A stretch of 64,000 nucleotides of DNA, from the NCBI GenBank assembly GCA_043813605.1, contig JBDRKX010000047.1:77164-141163 (forward strand), in the 5' to 3' direction. The DNA comes from Elusimicrobiota bacterium (GTDB lineage Bacteria; CG03; SLGR01; JBDRKX01). A program made the translations under genes and the position numbers. The notes beneath the pieces are model-generated. The model was not told the DNA's origin. It did no database searches and was given only the letters and a program-made list of their open reading frames with translations. Shown piece by piece: positions 1 to 15,000 of the stretch (the first letter of the stretch is position 1; every line of letters begins with the position of its first letter).

Positions 1-3000
1 CATGGATTACTGTTAATAATATCCATGCCCGGTTCTGATTCTTTTTCAAGTTCCGCGTCTGCCAATATAACTTCTTTACCAACAATCGGCTTTTTACCTA
101 CCAACTTACGGAGAATCTTTTTATCCGGTATTAAGTCAAACCATGGATTTCGTTGTATAACAGCGCCTATAATAAAATGCTCTTTATTTACAATCTTGTT
201 CCTGTAAGTGTTTCTATCGATAAAAACAGGCGTCCTGCTCTTCACTACCGACCCGGTATCGATAAGATATGCTTTAAGCTCGCCGCCTTTTATGCGGCCG
301 ATCATGATATTATTAGGATTCAGATCTGTTAAATATTTATTATCTATTAATTCATTTATCAATTGCCTTATCAATTCCAGTTCTTTTGAAGTCAGTTTAT
401 CGTATTCAGCGACGCTCGTGCCTTCGACCTTTTCGGAAACCATGTATCCCAGTTCATTATTTATACCGAACCGACCGAATGCTGAAGGTTTCTGGCTTAA
501 TCCTGAATCAGAGAGTTCCGCCATCATCTTATATTCATGTTCCATACTGACAGTACTGGCCCTGATTATTTTGATAACCTGTTCATTATCAAACGGATGG
601 ATGAATACGGCGCCGTTCCCGCCTTCCGCGAGGAATTTTGCTTCTCTTACTTCACCGTTGATCTCTACTTTGAGTTCATTCTTCGCCTGTTCATAGACAA
701 GTCTGAATTCTTCAGCAGGTTTTACCTTTTCTATTGCTTCATAATGCCTTAATAAAACATCGCGTCTTGCCAGGATCCCATTAATTTCCCGGTCAGTTAA
801 ATAAGCCGTAAGGGAGGTAAGTACCTCACGGTTCAAGCCTCTTAATTTCTCTATAATCTCTTCGTTAAACTCGATAACTTCTAAAGAAGGTGGAAGTAAA
901 CTTGGTCTAGTGAAACTTTCGCCATTATCAATAGCGATCAGGTTATTTTCGGAATCGATCAATATGTTCTCCCCATGCCAATCCATAATATTTCCAAGAT
1001 AATCCAGTATAAACAGTGCGTTTAACTGTTTTTTACGGTTTAGATCTTTTGTTTTTTGTGCTTCTCTGTAATACGTTCTGTCGTATTTAGTAAACAATGC
1101 CGAAAAAATACCACTCAATATACTGGAATGCGGCCGGGTATTGTCGATCCATAATTCAACTGTAACTTCTTGGAGCTCTCCGTTGATCTCTATATCTCTC
1201 AGTTCTACAGGCGGAACATTTGTAAAGCCCAGTATTCTTGATAACCTGTAGACAGCAGCAGAATACCTCGGCAGAGACCTGGCATCTATGGTATCTACTG
1301 GTTTTATCAGGACTTCATATCCGCTCTCTGTTATTGCAGTATAGTGTTGGCCAAAAGAAGCTAATCTTTTCAGTAGAGGGAATTTAGTTATATTCAATAT
1401 CTTTTCATTTTTCAGAGACTTACCTATATCTTCAAAAGGTATGTTCGTTATATTTCCTATTGTTTTAGATATTACGCGCTTTTTGTCATTAATATCCGAA
1501 AAACTCCCTCTAAAATATGTTTTCCTGAAATTACGCTGAAAATGCTTTAAATACTTTTTCTGTTTTCTTATCTGGGATCTTGTCAGGCGTTTGAAAGTAT
1601 CAGGATAAACAGTAAATACTTCACCAGTTGTCTTATAATCGACAATATTCAGTAGAGACTTATGATGGAATTCTACCGAATCAAGTGTAGAAGTAAACTG
1701 AAAGGCCTTATATCCCCGTTCACTGAGATTCGCCAACAGTGTCTCAGTAAGGAATGTACCCCGGCCTTTTATACCGTCCTTTACTGTAGCCACATATATA
1801 CCGTCAGCCTTTTGACCATCAGCATCCGTTATAACCGGCTCCCACGCTCTGAATCCGGTTACATGCCCGTTATTATCTATCAGTACCATCTGGTTCATTA
1901 TCCGCCAGATCCGGTTATTGTCTATGCTGATATCATTCAGTATATAATCCGCCGCCATATACTTATATTCACTAAAAGAATCTGTTAGGTGATCTGTGCC
2001 GTATTTAGAAAACGCCTCTGACAGATCTACTATACTGCCCAGTTTTTCATCTTTCGCTACAGTAAACTCCTTGACCAGAAGATCCGTCATGATATAATTT
2101 TTCAGTTCCAGAAGCCTGTTTAAGCGAGAAGGAGACTCAGTACTGTCTCTTTTGTCTTCCACAATATCCAGCACCCTGATACCGGATTCCGGCCTGATAC
2201 CCAGTCTGTCATATTGTTCTTTTATACTTTCAACATCGAAAAGATCATCTTCAATTGATCTTATCAGCTCAGCAAATTCCTTTTCAGAAACTTCGGAAGG
2301 TTTACCTTTATCTTTGAATATGGTCTTTAAGCCCGGATATATATCGGATATCCATTCATTATCCCCTGTTATTCCCATAAACCTGTATATGACCATCTTC
2401 AAGGTCTGGTATGCTATATTCATTGCCCAGGTAAATGAGAAATTCCTGTTATTCAGTTCTTCCAGCGCGACAGAGTATTTTCTTGTCCATTCTGTCCGGG
2501 TGCCCCGCTGCATCGATGTTCCTGCGCCCCTTACGGACGGCAAGATTCCTATTATACCGGGTTTACTGTATTTATATATTTCCCCATATTCATCCCAGAG
2601 GTCACTTTCAAGAAGCGGCCTGGGCCCGAATAACGACATGTCTCCTCTAAGTACTGCGAATACCTGCGGTACCTCGTCAAGAATAGTCTGGCGGAGTTTC
2701 ATCCCGAACCAGCCCACATGTTTATCCGGTTCCCGCATTGTCCTCAGTTTATAGACATTGAACGGTTTTCCCTGGTATCCGATCCTTTCCTGCATGAACA
2801 CCGGTGTACTTCGTGTTTCTATCGCCACGATCGGTGAAATAAAAGTAATAAAAACTATTGCCGGTATCAAAAAGAGAGACGATATGACAATATCCATTAT
2901 TCTTACGGATCTCGATCCTGCGATATTTTTACGGGGTTTCTGTATTAGCAATTGAGCCAGATCAGTTACATTATCCAGTATCGCTTCTTCTATCTTAGCA

Positions 3001-6000
3001 GGCAGGTTTATCCGCACTGCATCAGTTCTCTCTGCATCCAGCAGTCTTACCGGATTATCGAGCATCAGCCTTTCGGTGAGCAATACTACAAGCAGCTCTT
3101 CAACAAATACTGAGTCATCACTATATTCTTTCCCATAATTGTTTATAAAATATCTTTTAAGCTGTTCGAAATCTTTTATCTGTGTATCTTCATATATCCC
3201 GGGATCTTTTAATTTTGCGAGTATATTCGCTAAATCTTCTTTATACTGCTCGGCGGTTTCTGCCGTAGTTTCCTTTGCCGGTTCAGTAATGATCTCTACC
3301 AGCTGCTTTTTCCTGCCGGTAATAACATTAAACATCGATCTGGCATTACTTACAGTATGGAGTAGGATCGGAGCCCATACCGTGCCCGTTATATACATGG
3401 ATAATGCGTATACAAAAGAATCTCCCATAATATAGAAAAGCATATCTTTATCCGGTACTCTCTCCTGGTCTACATGTTTCTTAGCAAACCACCAGGAACT
3501 CGCAAGACCCGTAATAAGTAATGCAGGTATCTCTCCTATATACGGCGTAAGCAGCGTAAACGGCAGATAGAATGTCACTCCCCTGTGATATATCTCTTCC
3601 CAGACAGGCGTGACAATGACCCTTATCCTCATCCATACGGAATCTAGCATTTCTCTGCGTATTTCAGGTTGATAAACAGTGAGTTTTTCTCCAGCTATGG
3701 CAGGTTTACGATTCAATATGTAGTTTATATATACATTCTGCCAAACCAGAACAATGATATAGAACAATGGGAACAAGAGTATTTTATAATCATATTCAAG
3801 TATACCGGGAGCTATGACATAAGCAAGCATAAGAGCAGCCCCGCTCTTTATACCAACACCTAAACTACCCACAAAAGACATCTCTCTTTTGCTGTTTATA
3901 TAATTTCTAAATACATTCTTAAGCAGGTTTTCTTCTCCGAAGACCTTCCTCTGGATACCAAGGTATATATCCCTGTGGTCTTCATAATCCTTTTCGCCAA
4001 AAACAGCTGAATATGCTTCGTGAAAAAGTATCTCGTCAAGATACTTCTGATACGTAGAATCGGTTATAAAATCTCTTGCTATGGCTATTTCGGCGGAATT
4101 CGCGTATGCGAGCATGTAATCTTCCCTGCCCTTTACTACCGCGTCAAATGCTACTATATCACCCCGCGCAAAATATTCTTCCAGCCTGGCAAGTACAAGC
4201 TGCATCTTTTCATCACCCGCAAGTCCGGCACGGTCTATCTTTTCCTTCAATTCGTCCAGTTTTCTCCGGATAAGCATTTCTCCTGCACTGTTCAGTTTGA
4301 CCGTTTCTACCTTTCCTGCTTCTTCAAGCGATCTGCCTTTACCTATAGCGCCGCCGACAGCAAGTACAGGAACCGCTTTAGCTTCCAATGCCCTGTAAAT
4401 ATCTTTCAGTTCGGTTTCAAGGGATTCTTTTATATTCTGTAAATATTCTTTTGCAGATAACGGCTTGTTTTTTATAGCTCTTTTTTCTTTGCTCGGCAGT
4501 GTTGTATCAGGTGAATCTGTGATATCAGTACTGTCTCTGGATTCATAACCCCTCATCCTGATACCCTCGGGGCCTATAAGCGCATAGGCGCCCTGTCTGT
4601 CAAATTTTTCAGACATACCTTTATCTACTCCGAAATGCGCGTATTTCTTATCTTTGACCATAAAAGGAAGGTTAAGTTTTATCAGCGTATTGTGACCGGT
4701 AAACCAGTGTAGGACACCCAGTCTGGACTGTATATCGGCTATACCTATTTTCTTTATATAATAGTTTACGTGGTTGGGCTTGATCTTTATTATCTTATCC
4801 GCATACCAGGAATATACCCTGTCGAGCGCCGGCCATCTTTCCCTGAGACTCCTGCCCGGAGCTCTAAGATCGGATGATATGATATCAAACCCTTTAAATA
4901 GATTTTTCCCTTTATATTCTTTGCCTTTATATTCAACAATTATATCTGCTCTGTTTTTTCCTGCGGTCTGGACAGGGAACCAGCTGTGTGTTACCAGGTT
5001 ACCGTAGATATCTTTAGAATACAGGCTAAAATTCCGGCGGGTATATTCTGACATGGCCTGCAAGGTATGGCTTCTCAGATAGTTTGCCTGGGTGACTTTT
5101 TCGCCTTTAAACTCTCTCCGGTCTTTATTTATCAGTTCGATATCGGTATCCGGATCTTCGATCATACTGTTAAGTTCTTTAATAACGGATTCTCCCCATC
5201 CCTCATGGCTTGACCAGTCTTTGAACCACCATTCGGTAGATTCGTAGGCCTGTGTGTTTATCGATTCGAATACCCTGTACCACCACTGTTCTTTTCCGCC
5301 GGACTTTTTGTCTTTTACCGCAATATCCCGTCTTTTTTCAACTATCCCGGCAAGCTGTCCGGCAAGAGCCACTGCACCGTCCCAGGCATCCAGCTCGGTA
5401 TTATCAGAGATCCAGATGCCCCGTCGGGCCTCCCTGCCTTTCATCAGTTCGCTGTGTATCCTGTGCCACCACTCGGGGGATGTCTTACCTACACCGTTTA
5501 ATCCGACAAACGGTGACGGAACCTTTATCCTTTCGAAATTTCCAAGAAATTCTTCCCATATATCCTTCTGCTGGCCTGTCCAGCGTTTTTTATGTTTATT
5601 ATGGAGTCTTATATATTCTTTTCTGATATCTCCTATTTTTCCGTCGAGTACTTCCTCCTGGAACCTGTTCTGTTCATCATTGTATTCAGCCAGTCGGGCC
5701 GCCCACCATAACATGTTTTCGCGTTCCGCTTCTTCTCCCGCATAATTCTCAGTATTTCTGTTTCTTCTAACCAGTTCTTCTGCTACACTGTCGCCGTGGA
5801 AATCAAAACCTTTATACCACGGCAGATGCCCGCCTTCCATATTACCGTGCACCAGGAGACAATGGTTGCCCGGCACATAATCGACCTTCTCTTTTCCCGC
5901 TTCGTCCAGTTCCATGGCAAGCAGAGTGCACTTTATACCGTGAGCGCCCCTGTCAATATAATCACCATTTAAAATTATCTTTGCGTTTATATCATCGAAC

Positions 6001-9000
6001 GATACTCCCTGTTCTTCCAGCTGTTCTGCCAGCGGCACCACCCCGTATTCGATCATCACTTTTTTGCCCGTGAGCTTGGACAGCGCGTCACTCAAAAGCG
6101 AATTAAACCTGTCGATATCTCCGTGAAAATCCGATATAACCACGGTCTTGGGCAGATTACCTGTACCCGGTTCAGCCAGTTCTTTGTCTATCTCTCTACG
6201 CAGTTCATTGATCTGGGCAATACGTCTCGCTTCAAAAAAGATACTATAGATAAAAGGATCAGTAGAGCTCCAGTTTTCTTCCATGACATTATCTATCATT
6301 TCACGTATACCAGGAGTCTCTATCCTGAGATATTTATCGCTTATCCTGCCGACCGTCTTGTCTATCGGCACGTTTTTACTTATACGGTCATATATGAAAG
6401 GGCCGATCGTACTGTTATAGAACGCGGCAGAATCAGCTTCAGATAATGCCAGTAAAGCCTTGTAATAGTGGCTGTCTTCCGATACCCGTGCTAACATTTC
6501 CGTTCCGGCAAGACTTACAGTACCTAATCCGGCGTCATGATGTTCGATCAGAAACATCATATCTTTTCTCACTTCTTCCGGTATAATTCCTTGAAGCAGA
6601 TAATCAGCATAGCGGGCACTGTTACGCGGGTGCAATAGTTTTTTTCTTACCTCTTCATCGAGATTGTTGTCAGATAAATACGGCATCCTTGCAGCAGGGA
6701 GATACCTCTCTATATCATGAAAAAGAGCCGCAAGTATAAGCGCCATATCCGCATCAGGTTTGATCTTAAGAAGCCAATCCAGTACTTCTTTATAATGTCG
6801 GCGGTCTGTCAATTCAGTATAGGCATCTTCTGGGTCTATAGTATCGTATATGAATTCTGCGAGTTTAAATGCCGCATCCAGCCTGCTTTCAGCAGTCTTA
6901 ACGCCGTACTGCTGCATCCGGTTCAATATAGCCTCTTTCTCTGTCTTAATTACAGCAGGCAACAATATCTTGCCGGTATTTGTCCTGTAGAGAAGTTCTG
7001 CCGCTTCTTTTTCACCTTCTGTCAGTTCATCGTATTTTCTGCCCTGGGCTTTCGTATTGTACCAGGCTATCGCTTTATCCAATTCAAGCACTTCTTTGCC
7101 TTTTGTGTACTTTGCAGTTATCCCTATCAGTTCTTCTTCTATCCTATCAAGCCCCTGGTAACTCAAGGCGGGGAACTGGATAATAAAGGATTTTATATCC
7201 CTTATCTTTTTCTCCTGTTCGATACGCGTAATATCTTCTTCGCCGATATCTCTGATATTTCCCCAGTTTTCCCTGGCTTTAACCATCATAATTTTAACAT
7301 CTTCAGCATTTTCCAGTATCCGGTTCTGATAGTAACGGAAGAGCCACAGTTTCAGAGCCAGCCCCCTGACACCCATCCTGCTTATAAGGTATATATCCGC
7401 CTGCTGTTCTTCCCAGCGCAGGCTGTCATCAGCTGTCAATCCTTCCCTCTTGAACACCTTTTCAATATCCCAGGCATTAATAGCCGTGTGATGGCCTTTT
7501 TCGTGCAGTACACCGGCTTCTATGATATTCTCCCCGAGTTGAGGTGAGACTTTTAATATTGAATTCATCAATTCTACATATTCATCATCTATTTCCAGTA
7601 TCTTGTTTTTATGAACAGACATGAAATTATCCATCCTGCTGAGTATCATCCGGCCAAATCCGTGTTTACTTGCTATCTCTTTTATTTTTTTGAGCGTCTC
7701 GAAATACTCTGCGGTCTTTACCGAAAGCGGTACTGTTTTGCCCGGTTTTTCGGACAATTCTATTACGTCGAGCCCTTCTATCTCGTCAAGCTCTATGATC
7801 CCGAGCATCGCTCTCGGTCTTTCCTGTTCCGCTTCAGGTTGCACTATAACCGTCCGCGCACCTTTTTCTTCTACATATACTGTTATCCAGCCGGGTATGT
7901 TCACACCATACTCTTCAGCAACTTTAATAAACGTATCATAATCTTTCCCGGAATAGAATGTTATTTCATTTAATGCTTCAGCAGGCAGTTCTGCTACTCC
8001 CTTTAACCGGCCTTCATCTGAGCGTTCGACATTCATTACATATTTTTTCTTTATACCTATAACCGCACCTAACGGACCTTTGTTAGCAACAGTCAGCGGT
8101 GAAAGATCATCTAATGTATTTATGCCTTCAGGTATATACGCCGAGTATTCTTCATCCCTCATAGCCTCACTTGCCCGGGCGGCGACATCTTTTTCGGTGA
8201 GCATCCTGTAACCCATATACTCGCGCTCATGCTCTCTCCATCTTTCAGCAGTCTCACGGCTTGTTGTTACGAATATCCCTTCCTCCACACCGCCCATAGC
8301 TTCATAAGTATTCTGCCGGCCGATACCTTTCTGTACCAGTTTCCCGTCTTTAAGGATCTCAAGGAGGTAGCTTGTTCCCTGCCAGTAGACAGATTCTTCA
8401 GGCCCAATACGCTTGAAGTTATATATATCTTTAAGGTGTTCAAGTTTTTTTGAATACTCGATCTCTACTATACTGTAAGCATCGACAGATGATTCATAAG
8501 CAACTTTTAAACTGAAATCTATCTTATCAGGACCGTTCATAAGCCTGCACGCCTCTTCCAGTTCTTTTGTATCCTGTTCAGATACAGGGAATTCCGGGAT
8601 ATCAACTATACTGCGCCCCGGCTGGCTGGCATTTATTAATTTGGCTATCTTGGGCCACTTCGCCCCTTCTTCATCCAGTCTCCGGTAATACCAGTCCTTA
8701 AATCCTGTCCACCATATCTCAAGGAACTCTTCACGTGTTGCAATACCTCCAATAAAGAACTTGACGGTGTTTTCTCTCATATCCAGTTCATATGGTTTGT
8801 CACCTTCAGGAGATTCATTTATAAACTCTGATTCGAACGGCAAGCTGTAATATCCCAGTCTCATAAGATAAGATACCTGTTCATGCTGTATCTGTTCAAA
8901 ATCGATCTCTTTTGATATTGCTCTCGGTCTCTCTTTTTTTACAGCTTTAACTTTAGCGGCAACTCGTTTTTTTGCCTCGATCTCTACAGAGAAATCTTCT

Positions 9001-12000
9001 CTGAGTATCTCCATCGCCTCTTCTGCTGAATCCACTATTCTAAGAATTGATTCCTTCTCATGCCGCTGGGTATCGTCACTGACAGCTATTGTCGGCGGAT
9101 CATATGACTGCATTGTCTTGAATATGGTGTCTTTTATTGGTTCCCAGAAATCTTTGCCGATAAGTATTATGGGCCTCTTGGGGAACTTTTTCGTCTGCAT
9201 ACTGCAGAGTATGCCGAAAAGGTGCATCATTGTCTGCCGGCCGCCGGGAGCTACTACAATCGCCTGGGAGTTCTTTGAAAGAAGCAGTTGATGATTAGTA
9301 TTTCCGGAGATTACTACATTGTTTTCTATTGTTTTTTCATTTTCAGTCTTATTTTCATACTTATCCATTGTGAGCGTAGACTGTATCATACTCATATCTT
9401 TGCGGTCTGTGGATTCGACGATCTTATCCAGGAGCGTTCCCCGGCTGCCTATACGTACCGGAACTCCCTCAGATATGATTTTGTCTTTGAGTTCCCCTAC
9501 TGCATCAAGAGCATCAGCATCGTTTATTATATGCGGTTCCCCCATGAATGTCACACTCGTATCCATACTGCTCAGTTTACGAAGACCAGTATTCAGCTGC
9601 TCGTTAATGGCATTGAGCCTGTTTTCATCCATATCGATCGGTATGAAGTTCTTTGAAGCCTTTTTCATGAGTTCTACGGCCTCTTCAGGAGTATCCGCAT
9701 AAAGCGGTTCGGGTATGTCTTTTGCTGATATACCGGATTTTCTCCAGCTCTCATAGAAAGAATCTACTATCGGTTTCCAAAAACTCTTATTCATAAAAAC
9801 TACGGGGACCTGGTAATACCATACAGCAAAGAACTCCTCAAGTGTTCCGAGACCGCCGACTTTTATATAAACACCTTTTGCATTTTCGTAAAGACCCTGT
9901 TTCCGCGGCAGGAAATAACTGCATGCATGGCAATCTTCTATATATGGGTTTACTTCCTGCTCCCACGGGACTACTATATTGAAACCCTGGGTGATCAGGT
10001 CTTTTGGAAGTTCACCTTCATATTCGTTCTTTGCCATTATAAAACCTTGAGGCGCACCTTCCATAGCCGCCCCGGGACCTGCCCCTGTCCGGAGAGGCTC
10101 CCGCTCGAGGAAAATAAGTCTTCCCAGTTTTTTACCTTCTTCATAGTCTTTAGTACCCGGTTGTGTCCGAGCTGAACCGAATACGACATAAGCAGGCGCC
10201 CAGCCGCTATGCGCTTCGTATACTTTCCTGCGCTCCATCGCCAGAACCTGTGAAACCGAAACAGCATCCTGTTCTGTCAGACGGGTCTCTTCACGTTTAA
10301 GGGTTTTTAGTACTTCGGCTATCTTCTCAAGAGATTTCCTTCCTATGCCTTTTACTCCCTTAAGTATTTCTTTCAGTTCCGCCATAGTATCAATCATTGA
10401 ATAGTTCTCTGTAACTATTCGGACTATTTCATCCCTGTTCCTTAATCCCTTTATATCTTCCAGGTACAGGGTAACCTTTCTTGCCATCGCTTCAGCTTCA
10501 GTCATCGTATCCAGAGATATCTGCGCGCTCTTTTTCAGGAACGAGTAGTCTTCTACCACCTGTATCTCGACCTGGTTCTTACGGGATTCCTCGAGTATAG
10601 TTGTCAGGCCTTCCAGGTCATCAATTTCAAGGAACGGATTTGAAAGAGTTTTTACCTTTGCCGGGATCCACTTCAATGACCCGTTAATAAACCTTTCGAC
10701 TTCAAGGCTGTTCCAGTCTATGCGGTCAATATACAGTGACCTTATGCCTTTGTCATCCGGTTTCCTTTCGATCGGTTCGCCGCTGATAAGCTTTTCTTCA
10801 GCCGTATATGTCACAACTCTTATGTAGTATCTTTCCGATTTTTTGTTCCGTATGAGTCTCTGAATACCGGGCACCTTAAAAGCCTCTTTCAGTGTTCTTT
10901 CTTTGGAATCGTGGTATTTGATCCTTATCTTTTCCCCTGTCAGAGCCTGGAGGATATCACCGTCATTCCTCACCATCGACAGGAAGATGATCCTGGCATC
11001 AGGCCTATCTGTGCTCGAATACCATTCTTTAAGAGTCATCACATGCGGTACCCGGTTACTGCCATACTTTCTCTTCATCTCGGTTAACGCAAACTCTTTC
11101 TGAGCATCGGTCAGAGTAACTACCAGCGTATTATCAGGCGTTATCATGGTGCCGAAGAAACCGGCAGTATAATAGGATTCTATTTTATTCATGATACCTG
11201 TTATTTCTGCCGGATTGATATAACCGCCTTCTTTTTTTATCTCCCTGAAAACCTTCTGCTGTATGAGTACAGAATAAAAATCAGCCCTGCTTGTCAGCAT
11301 TGAGGCCTTTATATCCAGTCCGGGATCGTTTACCCTTAATATCTCGGCACGGAGGATAAGCGATGTTTCAGGATTGTACCTTACGGTTGTGGCAGTAATG
11401 GGTATCCAGCGTCTTCTATCGGAAAACTGCCTGTTATACTTCTCTATAGCCTCTACACGGCTTAACAGAGTCTCCGGCAATATACGCTGAAGCGTCTTTG
11501 TCGGATTCAAAGGCAGCGGCAGAATATCCGGCATATTGCTAAACCTGTCGTTTATGCTTCTTATCGCTTTCTTAAATTCTTCAAGTCTTCTCTGTTTTAT
11601 CTTTTCGGACAGTATCTCTTCGGTAACAATCCATTTTTTGCCGTCCCATACAGGATATTTCCATTTATTATTCTTTTCATCCCATATTCTTATCCGAGAC
11701 CGGGCAATGTGGGCTCTATCCAGTATAAGCGGCAAACTCTTGACGTTCTTTGCCGGCCAGTTCCTGCCTTTCAACCCGTTTACCATCAATACAGTATCGC
11801 CGGATTTCCCTGTTCCTATTCTATTGGCTACTGCCTCGAATTCTTCCGGCGCTCCTGCTAACGGGCCGACATCTTTTTTATCTGCTGAATAACCGCGTAT
11901 GGTAAATCTTTTCTCTCCTGAAGCAATCAATTCAAAAAGTTGTATTACCTCTTCTTTTAAACGTCCTTTAAAAGGATAATGCGTGGTAAATCTTGAAGTG

Positions 12001-15000
12001 AAATCATGAATTCTGCCTGCAAGTTCAGTATCCCATTTTATCTCTTTCTTCAAGGCGATCTTATTGGCAGCAAACTCTATTGCTTCATGGGACAATACCA
12101 GGGCAAGTGATGCCGACGGAAGGTCTTCGAATATTTTCCTGCTGATATAAATTGTATTGCGTTCTATATCGGCAGTCGCTACAAACCCGGGTGGCGCCCT
12201 TTCGTTATCAGTATTTACAAGTACCAGGTTGGGAATGTTTATTGCACTCTGTACTTTTATCATCCCGAATTTAACAGGAAGTTTCAGCATACCCGATATT
12301 ATCAGTTTCTTTGCCTCCTGCGATCTTTTTTCGTATTCTTCTTTTCCCTTATCCCAGTACCCGGCTTCCTGTTTTGCAACTTTGCCTTTTCCATGCTGGA
12401 TTATAAACCCTTCACCGTTTTTTCGCGCCCACTCTATAAACGCCCTGTCCTGTTTAGCCTCATAGGGACTTACCCTTTTTGTCGCAGAAACTCCCGCTTC
12501 TACAACTGACTGCTTTTCATATTCTTCGGCCATATCCTTTAATTCCTGTTCTATCCTGTCGAGGGCTTTGTAATTGAGTGCCGGAAAATAATTAAGGAAA
12601 GACTCGATCTTTAACAATACCCTTCTTTTATCTGCAAAAGAAAGATCTTTTTCGTGCACAGCCTTTATCAGATCCCAGTTACTTTTTTCCAGGCCCATAA
12701 ATACTTCCACGTCTTTTACACTTTTCAGTATGTTCTCGTAATAAAAATACTCAGTAAACCACAATCTGACCGCATAACCTCTTATCCCCGCCTCGCTGAT
12801 AAGATATATGTCAGCCTGCTGTTCCTCCCAGAAACTTTCTTCCATCATGCCCAATAAACCCATACCGGCCATCTTCTCCGATATCTCCCAGTAACTCATA
12901 CCAACATGGTGTCCCTTTTCATGGATCAATAAATCCCTGATTATCTCTTCAGCAAATTCCGGCGACATCTCTGAAATTGCAGCTACCTTTTCAACGAACT
13001 CATCCCCTATCGTCAGAGTAAAGTCTTTACTTATCGTTAAAGGATACTTTATCTTCTCTAGTTCCATGCTCTGGAAACCAATATCATTTGCAGTCTTTTT
13101 GACTTTTTTCAAGGTTTCAAGATAGACATCGCTTTTTCTTGAAAGATCCAACTCTTTTGATACCCGTATCTCTTTGAATTCGATAAGTTCCCTGATATTG
13201 AAAGCTTTATTGAATGCTGAAGCCATAATAACACCTTGTTCAGCCTCCTGCCCGTTAAAATTATTTTCTATTGATACCCTGTCAAGATAATCAGTATCTA
13301 TGGCATCATACGAGCCGAAAACAAAATAGACATTTTTAAGACGGTTCCTGTTGGCCTCTTTCAGTACCCACTTGATCTCGTTTGTGGTAACGCTCTCATG
13401 TGTATCGATATTCTCGTCCGCTACGAAGAATACTACCGGTTCACCTGTTCTTGTAAGTTCATCTACAAAATCCTCCGAAACATGAGACGATAGTTTCAGA
13501 TCATGCTCGGCTCTCATAAAATCCTTTAATCCGAATATGGTCGACAGTGCCCAGTATATTCCGTGTTTTTCTCTCATTCCCAGTGCATATCCGAAAGTAC
13601 TGCTCGGCGACAGTTCTTCAGTTTTTTCACTGGTCCTTGAACTTTCATAGATATCCCTGTCCACTTCTCCGGTTACACGCATACCTTCTATTTCACCGCG
13701 CGATACTGCAGTGAAAAAGTCTGCTATGGTATATACTCCTGCAGAACTTTTTTTCAGTTTAGATAGGCTTATGTAACGAGAAACCCCGGCTTTTTTCATT
13801 TCTTTCTCAAGGTTAGTCTCTTTTATTGAATCAGCTATAAGGTGGGAATCTGGTTTATCATATTCAATTTCAGGAGTGGGTTCAGCTGCGGCTTCCGGCT
13901 CTGCAGGCAGAGGGGTAGAAGCCAGCCCTTTTATTACCGCCGGTAGTTCGGGAAATTTTACTCTTTCGGCATATTTCGGGTCTTTCTGATCGGCGATCCT
14001 GTAGCGCCAGTTGTACCTGACGAGCTCGGCGCCTGTGAGATTGGGGTTATTTATCCGGTAATGGTCCCCCACTTCTTCGCCCACGGTAAGATATATCATT
14101 GATGTCTTCATGCCGAAAAGCTTTTTGAGCCAGGCAGTGTAATTCTCGATATTCCAGCCGTTATACATGTGTTCGTCGCCTATTCTCGGTGAATCATGCG
14201 AAGTAAGACTCGCCATCACACGCCCGCCGGCCTCCGGCCACCATTTCACTTCCGCCATCTGATGCAGGCCCAGTTCTTTTATCTTGTTTCCGACCTCGAA
14301 AGGCGCGCCGAGCTGTTCCACTATGGGCAGCTTGTCCCTCACAGAATATATCTTCTTTATCTCTTTCAGCAGCCGGTCCCCGGCAAGATATTCATCGCCG
14401 CTCATCAGTTCCTCTTTTCCAACCCATCCGTAAGCCATGTGACCAGCGTCTATCCTGCCGCCATCAAAACCCAGTACATCCAGCTTGAACTCGTGCTGTT
14501 TCAGTATGAGGTCGAAAGGCCGTTCCGAGGATGCGAGCCCGGTATAACTGTATTGCGCAAGCGAACCCCATGAGTGCGGAGCACCAAAAGCTATGACGCC
14601 TGGACTCTTATCAAGACTCTGGAAATATCCGCTATTATCTCTTGCGCTCGCCCAGACTTCTGCACTGTCCTTCCCCATGAAATACGGGGCATCATAGAAA
14701 ACCCGGCCGCCCGCATGATGTATATCCCTGACGGCTTCGTCCCATTGTCCGAAGGCGACGTACTGCATAAATCTGTAGAATCCAATCATATCCGAGTAAA
14801 CGGAATACACACTCTCAAAATTCTTACCGAACTTACTGCTCATTTCGGATATGAGATTCCCGAGTTCCGCCTCGAGTTCGAGTGTATCACCATGCCCCGA
14901 AGATATCATATTTTCTATACGGTACCGGGTGAGGACCGCGTTTACTATCTCACTGTTCCAAGTCCACCACGAATCTTTGAAAGTATTCGTAAAGGCCATA

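Noticed and set aside
8250..8500. Possible GNAT motif QKGIGRQ
   Set aside because: Single short motif without convincing flanking pattern.
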